Below, in pieces: positions 50,631 through 60,802 of a DNA stretch of 64,000 bases. Below the pieces are notes generated by a model. It searched no databases. It was not told the DNA's origin and saw only the letters and a program-made list of their open reading frames with translations. The stretch is from a bacterium (GTDB lineage: Bacteria > Zhuqueibacterota > Zhuqueibacteria > Residuimicrobiales > Krinioviventaceae): NCBI GenBank assembly GCA_963675755.2, contig CAXXMD010000003.1, forward strand, positions 3,072,001-3,136,000, in the 5' to 3' direction. The first letter of the stretch is position 1, and every line of letters begins with the position of its first letter. The position numbers and the translations under genes were made by a program.

Positions 50631-50682
50631 TAAATATTAAATTCAACGTGTCGGAGATCGCATTGCTAATCTCCGACACGAT
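50631..50682. repeat. 52-bp palindromic direct repeat, copy 2 (REP-like)
   Basis: TAAATATTAAATTCAACGTGTCGGAGATCGCATTGCTAATCTCCGACACGAT. Confidence 0.92.
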
Positions 50683-50692
50683 TGTTTTGTTA

Positions 50693-52171
50693 TTATCTCG
50701 ATAGTATCTTTTTCTGGTCGGCGGGGCGTGGCATAAAAAAGTCGTATTGACCGATACCGCATTCCTGAATCATATCGATGCAATATTCCAGACGTTTTAA
50801 TTCTTCTGCGTTACGATTGTTGGTACCCATGGCGAATTTACATCCTGCTGCTTTGGCTTTTTTGATGAATGTAGCACTGGGCACGCGGTAACGATCATTG
50901 ATCTCTATGGCAACATCGTTTTCCAATGCGGCTTTTATCACTTTATCCATGCGGGCATCGGTCCACAGTTCGTCATAGCGATCACGGATGATTTCGGGCA
51001 GTACCGTAGCATTGACATAAATGTCGATAGGTTCATCCTGCAATACCCCGAGGATTTTTTCCACATACATGTCCATCCATTTCTGTTCGTCATCAACCTC
51101 TACTTCATCTTTTATCCATACATGGATTCGTTTTCCGCGATGGTCGATAAAGGTCATGGCGTCGCTGAAGACATAATCGAATTTTGCAATGGCTTCCTTG
51201 CTGAACAGGTCCATCCATTCGCGGCCTTCGGCTTGCATACCCAGATACACCGGTTTGTCTTTCATGGATTCGATAAATTCGTAAATACCGGCATCATCAT
51301 GAATAGGAAAGTCGAGCCCGCAGTTGGGTGCAATACCGTACATGATACCGTCGCGCATGGATTGGGCCAGAGCCATATCCAGGGTAATGTCTTTTTTTAA
51401 ATGAACATGAAAGTCGATAACGGGATAGTTGTCATGGTTCATGTTGAGGAGTGTGGTATAGGTTTCGTCCACAACCGGGGTAACAATCTCACCGGGATCA
51501 GCATCGTCAGGTAACGGTTTAACCATAATGTTTTTATACATGGCTGTGCTGTTGGGATCGTGACACTGGAACGCAAAAGTCCCGCTTGAAAGTACGCGGC
51601 CCGGTTCACTGGGACGAACAGGATGTTCAGGCTCTACATAATCAGATACCAGCATATCGTTGATCCATACCTGAATACGGGGTACAACCACTTTGATACG
51701 CATGGTAAACCATTCATCATCACCAATAAACTGTTTAAAGGTATTGCGTACTGCATAGATACTGCCGGTTTTTTTGTATTCATACCAGGTGCCGTCTGCA
51801 CTGGGCTTTTGTGAATTGTTGACCTGTATTTCGTAACCATGGTCAGGCCAGCCATCCTGCTGATATTTTGAATGAACATAGATTCCGGAATTGGAATTGG
51901 CGCGAGCCATTACATCGGCCTTGAATTCAAAGTTTTTGAAATTGTGGTCCATGACCGGTCCATCGTAAAAGAGATGTGCGCGTGTACCGTTGCATACAAT
52001 GGCGCCGTTTTCGATGCGAGCCGATTCACTGTTTTCACTTATTTTCCAACCATCAAAAGATTTTCCATCAAACAGGGAAATCCAGTTTTTTGCATCAGGA
52101 TCACCGCATCCGGAGAAAAAAAACAAGAACGAAACTGACAACAAGAGGGGCAGGAGCATCCGGTATTTCAT
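50693..52171 (-). CDS. Lipoprotein: DUF1080 domain fused to a PHP-like domain
   Basis: Lipobox FSGC; WISLFDGKSFDGW, NSNSGIY, GYEIQVNN, FQCHDP; C-terminal VIDFHVHLK, FDYVFSDAM, VAIEINDRY.VP, FAMGTNN. Confidence 0.82.
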   Translation of the reverse strand: MKYRMLLPLLLSVSFLFFFSGCGDPDAKNWISLFDGKSFDGWKISENSESARIENGAIVCNGTRAHLFYDGPVMDHNFKNFEFKADVMARANSNSGIYVHSKYQQDGWPDHGYEIQVNNSQKPSADGTWYEYKKTGSIYAVRNTFKQFIGDDEWFTMRIKVVVPRIQVWINDMLVSDYVEPEHPVRPSEPGRVLSSGTFAFQCHDPNSTAMYKNIMVKPLPDDADPGEIVTPVVDETYTTLLNMNHDNYPVIDFHVHLKKDITLDMALAQSMRDGIMYGIAPNCGLDFPIHDDAGIYEFIESMKDKPVYLGMQAEGREWMDLFSKEAIAKFDYVFSDAMTFIDHRGKRIHVWIKDEVEVDDEQKWMDMYVEKILGVLQDEPIDIYVNATVLPEIIRDRYDELWTDARMDKVIKAALENDVAIEINDRYRVPSATFIKKAKAAGCKFAMGTNNRNAEELKRLEYCIDMIQECGIGQYDFFMPRPADQKKILSR

Positions 52172-52172
52172 G

Positions 52173-53135
52173 TTACATTCCTTTCTGTGATATTGAGTTG
52201 ATTAATGCCAGCTTGCCGGCAACATGACCAGTCTCAAGCAATATATGAGCATCTTTAGCCTTTTGCAAGGGGAATTCTTTTTCGATATGGATATAAATTT
52301 TTTGGTTTTCAATCAGATCGCTTATACGCTGAAGGTCGTTTGCATCGGGTTTTACCACCATGCCCACTGCTTTGCGACCCAATTCTGTTGCTTTGGCTGT
52401 AATTGTTTGCGCGGATATGGTAGGAAGGCAAACCAATAATCCATTCGTAGTCAGGCAGTCAAGCGAGCGAATGCCGGTTTCACCGCCAACAGCGTCTATT
52501 ATCAGATCCATATCATTGGCGATTTGGGTGAAATCCTCTTTTGTATAATCAATACATCGATCAACACCCAGTGAATAGAGTAAGTCGTGATGGCTTGATG
52601 ATGCTGTTGCGATTACCCGGGCATTTTGAGCTTTGGCAAACTGTACGGCAAAATGCCCAACACCACCGGCGGCTGCGTGTATCAGCACCTTTTGTCGGGA
52701 TTGCAAATGCCCTGTATTGTGCAGGGCCTGCCATGCAGTTAAGCCGGCGAGAGGAACACCGGCAGCCTGAGACCATGAAATTTTAGATGGTTTGAAAGTA
52801 ATTTCATTTGGATACACCATAACGTAATCTGCATATGCACCAGCCCGGTCCAGTGCGATCATCCCCAAAACCTCATCACCTGGTTTGAATTCGGAAATGG
52901 TATCTCCGCACTGTTCAACGGTGCCTGCCAGGTCGTATCCGGGTGTCCAGGGGAGGTGGTCTTTGATTTTTTGCGCCATGAAACCCAGTCCCTTGCGTGT
53001 TTTCCAGTCTATGGGATTGATACCCGCAGCACGGACTTTGATCAATATTTGATCGTTATCGATTTTCGGTTTTTCTACATCCCGGTATTCAAGAACAGAT
53101 GGAGGTCCAAATGCTGTAATTTGTATGGCTTTCAT
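52173..53135 (-). CDS. NADP-dependent quinone oxidoreductase (MDR family)
   Basis: AAGINPIDWK, PGYDLAG, PLAGLTAWQAL, VLIHAAAGGVGHFAVQFAK. Confidence 0.92.
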   Translation of the reverse strand: MKAIQITAFGPPSVLEYRDVEKPKIDNDQILIKVRAAGINPIDWKTRKGLGFMAQKIKDHLPWTPGYDLAGTVEQCGDTISEFKPGDEVLGMIALDRAGAYADYVMVYPNEITFKPSKISWSQAAGVPLAGLTAWQALHNTGHLQSRQKVLIHAAAGGVGHFAVQFAKAQNARVIATASSSHHDLLYSLGVDRCIDYTKEDFTQIANDMDLIIDAVGGETGIRSLDCLTTNGLLVCLPTISAQTITAKATELGRKAVGMVVKPDANDLQRISDLIENQKIYIHIEKEFPLQKAKDAHILLETGHVAGKLALINSISQKGM

Positions 53136-53142
53136 TATTTCC

Positions 53143-55290
53143 TTATTTTAATAACAGACACTTTTTTATATCAATAGCAGTCTCTGTTTCGAGTTTATAA
53201 AAATATACACCGCTTGGTAAATTCTCTGCATTCAAGGTCAACTTGTGATTTCCCGGGGATTGTACCCCGTTGTATAATTTTTGTACCAGTTGTCCGTTTG
53301 TGTTATATAGATCAAGTGTAACGAACTGTTGTTGCTTTAAATCATATTCAATAACCGTCTCAGGGTTAAAGGGATTGGGATAGTTTTGTTTTAAATGGAA
53401 ATTTTGGGGAACAGTTTCCAAATGATCTAATGCAATAACAGTTGTTGGATCATATTGTACAAAGCTGAGACCAATTTCCATATTGAGTATTCCTATTATA
53501 TCATCACCTATTGCTACGCGTCTTGATCCATCCAGCGTTTCAAATGTACCTAGTGTTTCAAGGTTATAAATGTCTTGAATATCTAATATGTCTAATGCAC
53601 TAGATGAACTTGCTGCATAAAGGGTATTGTTGATTATGTCCATGTCAAAAATATAATTTCTGTAACTGATAGCATGAGATTCAGTTATTGCTGCAGGATT
53701 AGAGATATCAATATATCGGACATAACGTGAATAGTCATAAGTGATTAAATAATTATTAAAAAAGGTGAGTGCTGATAGCCGACTGGGAGTTAAGAATGAA
53801 TCCATTTTTACCGGATTCATAAAATCAGTCAGATCATACAGGTATGTTCCGTATTGATCTTCATGGGTTGCCAGATAGGGGGCAGAATATACGAATTCTT
53901 CTGCTTCATTGCTGGTAGTGAAGGAACTGACCTCCGCAGGTGCTGTGGGATCAGAAATGTCGATTATACGAATGTGTTTGTCAAAAGTTGCCAATATGAT
54001 TTTATCATTTTCTACATGTAAATATTCACAGGAATAGGATGAATCCAATTTCCCAATAACCTGTGGATTTTGTTTGTCTGTTGTGTTTAGAATATATAAT
54101 CCGGCATAACCCATTGCAATATAAACCGTATCATTTTTTACTTCAAGATCCGTTGCGTAACATTGGTCCTGGCGCCAGGTAGATAATAGTTGAGGATCTG
54201 ACGGATTTGTTATATCGATAATTCGTAAACCATGATGTGAATTGGCTATATATGCGTAATTGCCTTCTAATTCAATTTCCTGTAATCTGCCACCCGGTTC
54301 AATTATAGAGGGTGTCATGGTGCCCATTTCCGCTTCCGGATCGAATTCGAACAGATACACATCTCCACCATTGTCTGCTATAATCACTTTGTCAGATGAA
54401 GCAGTTACATAAAATGTGTTATCTGGTGTATAGTAATAATTTACCATTTCACAATTATGAGGATCAGAGATATCCCATATATCCAGCCCATTTGTGCTGG
54501 AAACGATAGATATGTAATCATCATGTATAATTATTTCCTGTACAACGCTGCCGGTATCCATTGTATCAATAATAACCGGATTTTCAATATCTGTTATATC
54601 ATAAACAAATACATATCCTCCGCAACCCGTGTAAAGAAAATTGTCTTTAACATCAACAGCATTATTTTTCCCATCCAGAGGAATGTTGAGCATCTCAAAC
54701 ATATTTGCAGGATCTGCAATATTGTATATTGTAGTTCCATCATTATAACCGGTAGTGAAACAATAATCTCCGTCTATATGAAAATCCTGGCAATAATGTG
54801 CATTTAATTCCGAGATCAATGTGGGCTCACTTTTATTGCTAATGTCCAGAGCGGTTATATTGCTTGTAATAAGAAAAATAACATTGTCTTTAACATAAAG
54901 ATCCTGTACTTGAAAGTCTTGATTGTTACCCGGGTATCTGGATAGTTCTGTAGGATTTGTGAGATCCGAAATATCTAAAATGATCACCCCTTCATTATAG
55001 CTTCCAATAAATGCGGTTTGGTCCTGAACATCTATAACCTGAATTAATCCTTTTGTAGTAAACTCGGAAACAAGAACCGGATTTTGGATGTCTGAAATAT
55101 CATAAACTTGAAAGGTCTTTCCATTTCCCATGAATAGAGTGTTACCTGATGCATATACTGCTTTACATATGCCATATGGCCATTCACCTAATAATGTACA
55201 ATTTAAATTATCCTGTGGAGTTGCTGATACGCGATCTGAAATACCTGATATAAACAAAACAATGAGTATCAAGAAAATATGATGTTTCAT
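53143..55290 (-). CDS. Secreted LVIVD-repeat protein with C-terminal T9SS type A/FlgD-Ig domain
   Basis: Repeats such as GVIILDISDLTNP and GLRIIDITNPSDP; LKQNYPNPFNPET...LPSGVYFYKL. Confidence 0.88.
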   Translation of the reverse strand: MKHHIFLILIVLFISGISDRVSATPQDNLNCTLLGEWPYGICKAVYASGNTLFMGNGKTFQVYDISDIQNPVLVSEFTTKGLIQVIDVQDQTAFIGSYNEGVIILDISDLTNPTELSRYPGNNQDFQVQDLYVKDNVIFLITSNITALDISNKSEPTLISELNAHYCQDFHIDGDYCFTTGYNDGTTIYNIADPANMFEMLNIPLDGKNNAVDVKDNFLYTGCGGYVFVYDITDIENPVIIDTMDTGSVVQEIIIHDDYISIVSSTNGLDIWDISDPHNCEMVNYYYTPDNTFYVTASSDKVIIADNGGDVYLFEFDPEAEMGTMTPSIIEPGGRLQEIELEGNYAYIANSHHGLRIIDITNPSDPQLLSTWRQDQCYATDLEVKNDTVYIAMGYAGLYILNTTDKQNPQVIGKLDSSYSCEYLHVENDKIILATFDKHIRIIDISDPTAPAEVSSFTTSNEAEEFVYSAPYLATHEDQYGTYLYDLTDFMNPVKMDSFLTPSRLSALTFFNNYLITYDYSRYVRYIDISNPAAITESHAISYRNYIFDMDIINNTLYAASSSSALDILDIQDIYNLETLGTFETLDGSRRVAIGDDIIGILNMEIGLSFVQYDPTTVIALDHLETVPQNFHLKQNYPNPFNPETVIEYDLKQQQFVTLDLYNTNGQLVQKLYNGVQSPGNHKLTLNAENLPSGVYFYKLETETAIDIKKCLLLK

Positions 55291-55421
55291 AACTTGCCCC
55301 TTTTGTTTTATAATACAGTATTAATACAATATACGTATTACTGGTGCAGAGTCAAGAAAAAACTGATCTAATTATTAATTAGATCAGTTTGAATTTTATG
55401 AAAAAAAGTGAATATTGAGGA

Positions 55422-56210
55422 CTATTTGTCTTTTTGATAGACTCTTACATAATCTATATAATATTTTTGAGGGAAAATAGCGTCATCAATACCTTCGCGT
55501 CCGCCCCATGAACCGCCAATAGCAAGATTCAGCAACAGATATTGAGGTTTATCAAATGGCCAGGTTTTCCAGTCTCCCTTGCCATCATTTTCATAGGTGA
55601 ACAGGGTGTCATCATCAACAAAGAATGCCAGCTTTTCAGGCGTCCATTCAAGCGTATATGTATAAAATTGATCATAAGGAGTGGAATATACTTTACGGTT
55701 GCCCTTGCCGGTGCCAATTGTATGATTGTTTGTTTTGGTATGAACATTGGCGTGGATATTTTCGGGAGCATAACCCACGTTTTCCATGATATCGATCTCG
55801 CCGCAACCTGGCCAGCCGACAAATGTACGGTTTGTGCCCAGCATCCAGATGGCGGGCCAGGTGCCTTTACCGGTGGGGAGTTTGGCCCTGATCTCGAACC
55901 GACCATAGGTCCATGATTGGGTATAGCGGGTGTTGATACTTGCCGAGGTATATTCCATATCTTTGAACGGCTCTTTATGGGCTTCAATTACCAGAAAACC
56001 ATCCTCAACCCTTGCGTTTTTCAGACGGTGCTTGGTATAGTACTGTTTTTCCTGGTTGCGAACGTATCCTGATTCATAATTCCATTTTGCGGGATCAGGC
56101 AGCCCTTTGTAATCAAATTCATCACTCCAGACGAGCTTCCAGTCCTGAGCAAAGGAGGGGAGTATTGAACAAAATAATAAAAAGACCAGGAAATATTTAA
56201 CAATTTTCAT
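55422..56210 (-). CDS. Glycoside hydrolase family 16 (laminarinase-like)
   Basis: WKLVWSDEF, YTSASINT, YGRFEIRAKLP, GTWPAIWML, GEIDIME, LLLNLAIGG, IDYVRVYQ. Confidence 0.93.
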   Translation of the reverse strand: MKIVKYFLVFLLFCSILPSFAQDWKLVWSDEFDYKGLPDPAKWNYESGYVRNQEKQYYTKHRLKNARVEDGFLVIEAHKEPFKDMEYTSASINTRYTQSWTYGRFEIRAKLPTGKGTWPAIWMLGTNRTFVGWPGCGEIDIMENVGYAPENIHANVHTKTNNHTIGTGKGNRKVYSTPYDQFYTYTLEWTPEKLAFFVDDDTLFTYENDGKGDWKTWPFDKPQYLLLNLAIGGSWGGREGIDDAIFPQKYYIDYVRVYQKDK

Positions 56211-56798
56211 CTAAACTCCTCTGAATTTGGGAAGGATGTTTTGTTCAATATAAAAGACAACTTTATCTCTTGTGGGGAAAAATAGATAGACAAAGATAAA
56301 AAAGAAGATAGAAGGAAAAAGTAGAAACCAATAAACATTCATTTCCTGCATTAAATCCGCAAATACACCCGTTAAAAAACTGGTTATACCTAATAGTGCT
56401 ATACCTTCGAGTATAGCCAATTTGATAATCATGAGAGTACGATACTGAACAAGCAGGATTTCAACAGGATTTTCTACTTTTTTCCCCTGAGTATCTCTGA
56501 AACCTTGTTTATGGATTTTAGCTATTCTGCCGGGTGAAAGAAGGATTTTGTGAATAGAGAATACAAGCGGGTAACCTATTATCATTAGCGCAAATACCAT
56601 TATTAGGAAAATATTCAGCACATTATAGTCTGCACCGCCTGTTCCGCTGTTGCTGCCAAAGTAATTTAGATACATGGTAGCAATTAAAAGAATGAGTACA
56701 CCCATTACCATAGCTATATTGATTGTTTTCATTTGACGAGTTTCAATATCTGAGATTTTCTGTTCAACCTGGATTGTAGATATGTTTGTGAAATCCAT
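56211..56798 (-). CDS. Hypothetical 4-TM membrane protein
   Basis: Hydrophobic ORF with IIKLAILEG motif, abutting the GH16 gene; RBS GGAGG. Confidence 0.7.
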   Translation of the reverse strand: MDFTNISTIQVEQKISDIETRQMKTINIAMVMGVLILLIATMYLNYFGSNSGTGGADYNVLNIFLIMVFALMIIGYPLVFSIHKILLSPGRIAKIHKQGFRDTQGKKVENPVEILLVQYRTLMIIKLAILEGIALLGITSFLTGVFADLMQEMNVYWFLLFPSIFFFIFVYLFFPTRDKVVFYIEQNILPKFRGV

Positions 56799-56863
56799 TT
56801 TGGCCCCTCCAAATTGATAAATAATGGGGGCTGTTTTTTTTAACAGCCCCTGAATTGTTAAAT

Positions 56864-58201
56864 TTAAACGATCCCCAGTTCTTTTTGAATTTGTTCAAGT
56901 GATTTGCCTTTGGTTTCGGGCAGCCATTTCCAGACCATAAAGAATTGTAATATCATCATCAGGCTGAAAAAGATAAAGGCACCGCCACCGCCAATGCCGG
57001 GCAGATTGGCAATCACTGGAAATGTCCAGGATACCAGGGCAGCTCCTACCCAGTGAGTAAAGCTTCCCAGTGCCTGTCCTTTAGCGCGTACCATGTTGGG
57101 GAAAATCTCGGCCAGAAAAACCCAGATAACTGCACCCTGTGAAAAGGCGAAAAAGGCAATATAACCGATCAAATATACCAGAACTGCATATCCGTTAAAG
57201 GATTTCAGAATGAATGCTCGTCCCACCATACCCATAAAAAAGGTTAGACCTACAGATCCAATTAAAAGCAGTGTTTTGCGACCAAATTTGTCAATCACAG
57301 TCATGGCTATAATTGTAAAGATTAAATTGGTTGCACCTACTGCAACGGTTTGTAGTAATGCAGTATCAGATGCCAGTCCGGTCATTTCAAAAATGCGGGG
57401 AGCATAATACATGATTACGTTTATACCGGAAAGCTGGTTAAAAGCTGCAACCATAATAGCCAACAGAATTGGTTTTTTGAATTTGGGTGAAAATAGTTTT
57501 TCCTTGGCGCTATTGAGTTCAATTTTTAAGGATGCTTCAATTTCATCCAATTCCTGTTCTACATTGTCTTCACCAATTTTAAGCAAAACTGTTTTTGCTT
57601 CTTCACGTCTGCCTTGTTTCATAAGCCAGCGTGGACTGAAAGGAATGAAAAACAGTAAAATGAAAAACAAAACTGCCGGCAGGGTTTCTACACCCAGCAT
57701 CCAGCGCCAGGCATCAGTTTGAATTGAACCGGCAATAAGAAAATTTGAAAAATAGGCAACCAGAATACCAATAACAATATTGAATTGACTGACGGCTACC
57801 AGGCGTCCACGTAACCGTGCAGGAGAGATTTCAGCAATATACATTGGCGCCATAACAGAAGATCCACCAACGGCCAAACCACCGATAAAGCGAAAAAATA
57901 ACAGTGAAAACCAGTCCCATGCAAACGCACATCCCATTGCTGATACTGCATACAGAACTGCAAGAATAACCAGTACCCGTTTACGACCGAATGCATCGCC
58001 CGGTTTACCCACAACAATTGAACCAATAATGGTACCGATCAAAGCCACTGCCACTGTAAAACCCAACCAAAATTCATTCAGATTGAACACTGTTTCCAGG
58101 GCGCTGGTAGTGCCTGAAATAACTGCGGTATCAAATCCGAATAAAAAACCCCCTAATGCTGCAACAACAGTACATCCTATCACAAACATTTTGCTTTTCA
58201 T
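56864..58201 (-). CDS. Sugar porter family MFS transporter (XylE/GalP-like)
   Basis: AALGGFLFGFDTAVISG, DAFGRK, PMYIAEISP..RGRLV, QLSGINVIMYYAP, DKFGRK, PETKGKSLE. Confidence 0.95.
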   Translation of the reverse strand: MKSKMFVIGCTVVAALGGFLFGFDTAVISGTTSALETVFNLNEFWLGFTVAVALIGTIIGSIVVGKPGDAFGRKRVLVILAVLYAVSAMGCAFAWDWFSLLFFRFIGGLAVGGSSVMAPMYIAEISPARLRGRLVAVSQFNIVIGILVAYFSNFLIAGSIQTDAWRWMLGVETLPAVLFFILLFFIPFSPRWLMKQGRREEAKTVLLKIGEDNVEQELDEIEASLKIELNSAKEKLFSPKFKKPILLAIMVAAFNQLSGINVIMYYAPRIFEMTGLASDTALLQTVAVGATNLIFTIIAMTVIDKFGRKTLLLIGSVGLTFFMGMVGRAFILKSFNGYAVLVYLIGYIAFFAFSQGAVIWVFLAEIFPNMVRAKGQALGSFTHWVGAALVSWTFPVIANLPGIGGGGAFIFFSLMMILQFFMVWKWLPETKGKSLEQIQKELGIV

Positions 58202-58446
58202 TTTCGTCCTCTTTTTCCAATGTGATTGATATGTACAGAATTTAATAAATTTTATTTACTATGCAATATTTTATAATTTTTAGGATTTTTAATTTATATC
58301 AAATTATAGTATATTCTAAAACCAGTTGATAGTGTATGGTATGAGTATTCGTTACCGGGGTAACGCATCTGGGAATGTGGATTTTATAAAAGGTGTTTTA
58401 AAATTTTTATCTATAATTGAATGTATTCGTTTTATTGGAGATATTA

Positions 58447-60786
58447 ATGCGCAATATTTTGATTGTGCTCTTTTTATTTTGGGTTGTTCAGGGTCTTGCG
58501 CAAACTGCAGGAACGGTCAGCGGTTTTGCGTATGATGACGATACCGGAGAGGCTTTAATTGGTGCAAATGTCTTTATAGAGGATTCTCGTATTGGATCTT
58601 CAACAAATACAATGGGATTTTTCTCTATCCCTAAAATACCAGTAGGGCAGTATAATCTTGTTTGTCAGTATATGGGGTACAAATCAGAACAACAAAAATT
58701 AATTATCAAACCTAATGGTAAAGTTGAATTAATTTTCAGGCTCGAACCCACTACTATTTATACAGAAACGGTTTCGGTGGTTGCAGATTCGGTAAGAACC
58801 AGTGTGAAATTGTATCGCCAGCCCATATCCAAGATTACCATGTCTCCGCGGGAGATTCAACACATTCCGCAGGTTGTAGAAACGGACCTGCTGCGTTCGT
58901 TACAAACCATGCCGGGAATTGCATCGGTTTCGGATTTTTCTTCAGAACTATATGTACGCGGAGGAACGCCGGATCAGAATTTATATTTAATTGATGGTAC
59001 AGATGTTTACAATCCTGAACATTTATTCGGACTGTTTTCTACTTTTAATACCGATGCTATTAAAAATGTAGAACTGTCAAAGGGTGGTTTTGGCGCCGAG
59101 TATGGCGGTCGATTATCCTCCGTATTGGATGTTACCAATCTTGATGGAAACCGGCGTGAATATACCGGCAAGACCAGCATCAGTATCTTGTCTGCAAAAA
59201 CCACAATGCAGGTCCCTCTGGGCAGGTATGGCGCATTATCTGGCTCTATCCGCAGGACTTATTTTGATAAAACCATCGCCAAGCTGGATGCGTTTAAAGA
59301 TGAGAATATTCCGGATTATTATTTTTACGACGGCCATCTCAAAGCATATCTGGATCTGGGAGCTCATGACAAACTGACCCTGAGTACTTATAAGGGGCAG
59401 GATAATATGGATTTTGTGTTTGATAAAGATAATCCCAATTCTCAATCCATGATGTATAAATGGGGAAATACAACAGCCAGTGTCAGATGGACCCATATTT
59501 TCTCTTCCCAATTGTTTGGGAATTTCTGGTTCACCAGCAGCAGCTTTGATTCGGGATTTGAGCTGGGTGATGATATGAATGAAACCAATACCATTGATGA
59601 CCGCACATTAAAAGGGAATCTGGAGTATTTTTATTCCGGCAGGTTGAGCTTTAAGCTGGGTTATGAATACAAAGATTTATCAGGTAAATTTGTCTCAAAA
59701 TTTCCCGGTAATGAAGTAAATATTCAACAAAAACCGGTCCATTTTGCAGCCTATTGGCAGGCTGAATGGAAGCCTACTCCACTCATGGAAGTTCAACTCG
59801 GGTATCGTTATAATTCTTCATATAATAAAGTTACTCGGCACGATCATGATCCTCGTGCAAGTTTCAAGTATCGTTTGAATGAAACATTGAATCTGAAAGC
59901 CGCTGCCGGGCGGTATCATCAATACCTGTTTCGCGTTCCACGGGTGTTTATAGCGGATATCTGGTCGGTTTCTGACGAGTATTATGATGATGCCAAATCC
60001 AATCACTATATTTTGGGTCTGCAAAAAGAAGTGGCTGGAAATTACGAGTTTGAAGTTGAAAGTTATTACAAAGATTATGCAAACCTCTATATCTTTGATC
60101 CGTTTTTCTGGGTGGAAACACAGCATGCCCAATATAATGATAAAGGTGAACCCTTGTACACCAATACCAAAGACATGTATGATGTTGGTACAGGGCGTGC
60201 TTTTGGTTTGGAAATGATATTACGCAAAAACAGCGGACCGGTAACCGGGTGGATCGCATATACCCTGGGTCGAGTTGAAAATACGGTTACGGATTTGAAT
60301 GGCGGTAATGAATATGTTCCACGTCATGATCGTACACATACATTAAATATGGTCAGCACTATGGACGTGAAAAATGCCATACGGGCGTTTAGGGGCGTAC
60401 CGGCAAAAGATGATAAGGCAAAATGGCGTTTGGGTTTCGGATTTGTCTATGCAACCGGTCAGCCCATAACAACAACCAGTTCTGTGTATGTTACCAACCA
60501 GCTCCCTGATCAAAATGTGTATTTGGGTTACAATTTGTATCCTACCAGTCGAAATAATTTTAGATTGCCGCCTTATATACGTTTGGACCTGAGTTTAACA
60601 TATTCGCGAAAATTCAAGCATACTACATTTGAACCCTATCTACAGGTTTTTAATGCTTTGAACCGGAGGAATGTCTGGTTTATTCGATATGAAGACGAGA
60701 TTAACAATGGCATGATCATGCAGAATGTTGACACACAGGGTATGTTACCTGTATTACCGTCTATTGGTTTTAATCTGCTATTCTGA
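58447..60786 (+). CDS. TonB-dependent outer-membrane receptor with carboxypeptidase-regulatory-like N-domain
   Basis: TVSGFAYDDDTGEALIGANV, LQTMPGI, LYVRGGTPDQNLYLIDG, YGGRLSSVLD, RLPPYIRLDL, C-terminal Phe. Confidence 0.92.
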   Translation: MRNILIVLFLFWVVQGLAQTAGTVSGFAYDDDTGEALIGANVFIEDSRIGSSTNTMGFFSIPKIPVGQYNLVCQYMGYKSEQQKLIIKPNGKVELIFRLEPTTIYTETVSVVADSVRTSVKLYRQPISKITMSPREIQHIPQVVETDLLRSLQTMPGIASVSDFSSELYVRGGTPDQNLYLIDGTDVYNPEHLFGLFSTFNTDAIKNVELSKGGFGAEYGGRLSSVLDVTNLDGNRREYTGKTSISILSAKTTMQVPLGRYGALSGSIRRTYFDKTIAKLDAFKDENIPDYYFYDGHLKAYLDLGAHDKLTLSTYKGQDNMDFVFDKDNPNSQSMMYKWGNTTASVRWTHIFSSQLFGNFWFTSSSFDSGFELGDDMNETNTIDDRTLKGNLEYFYSGRLSFKLGYEYKDLSGKFVSKFPGNEVNIQQKPVHFAAYWQAEWKPTPLMEVQLGYRYNSSYNKVTRHDHDPRASFKYRLNETLNLKAAAGRYHQYLFRVPRVFIADIWSVSDEYYDDAKSNHYILGLQKEVAGNYEFEVESYYKDYANLYIFDPFFWVETQHAQYNDKGEPLYTNTKDMYDVGTGRAFGLEMILRKNSGPVTGWIAYTLGRVENTVTDLNGGNEYVPRHDRTHTLNMVSTMDVKNAIRAFRGVPAKDDKAKWRLGFGFVYATGQPITTTSSVYVTNQLPDQNVYLGYNLYPTSRNNFRLPPYIRLDLSLTYSRKFKHTTFEPYLQVFNALNRRNVWFIRYEDEINNGMIMQNVDTQGMLPVLPSIGFNLLF

Positions 60787-60802
60787 TTTTGAGGAGATCA
60801 TT

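Noticed and set aside
49604-50682. CRISPR array or bona fide integron attC array
   Set aside because: Only two repeat copies, about 1 kb apart; no cas or intI gene; the attC R'' box and length do not fit well.
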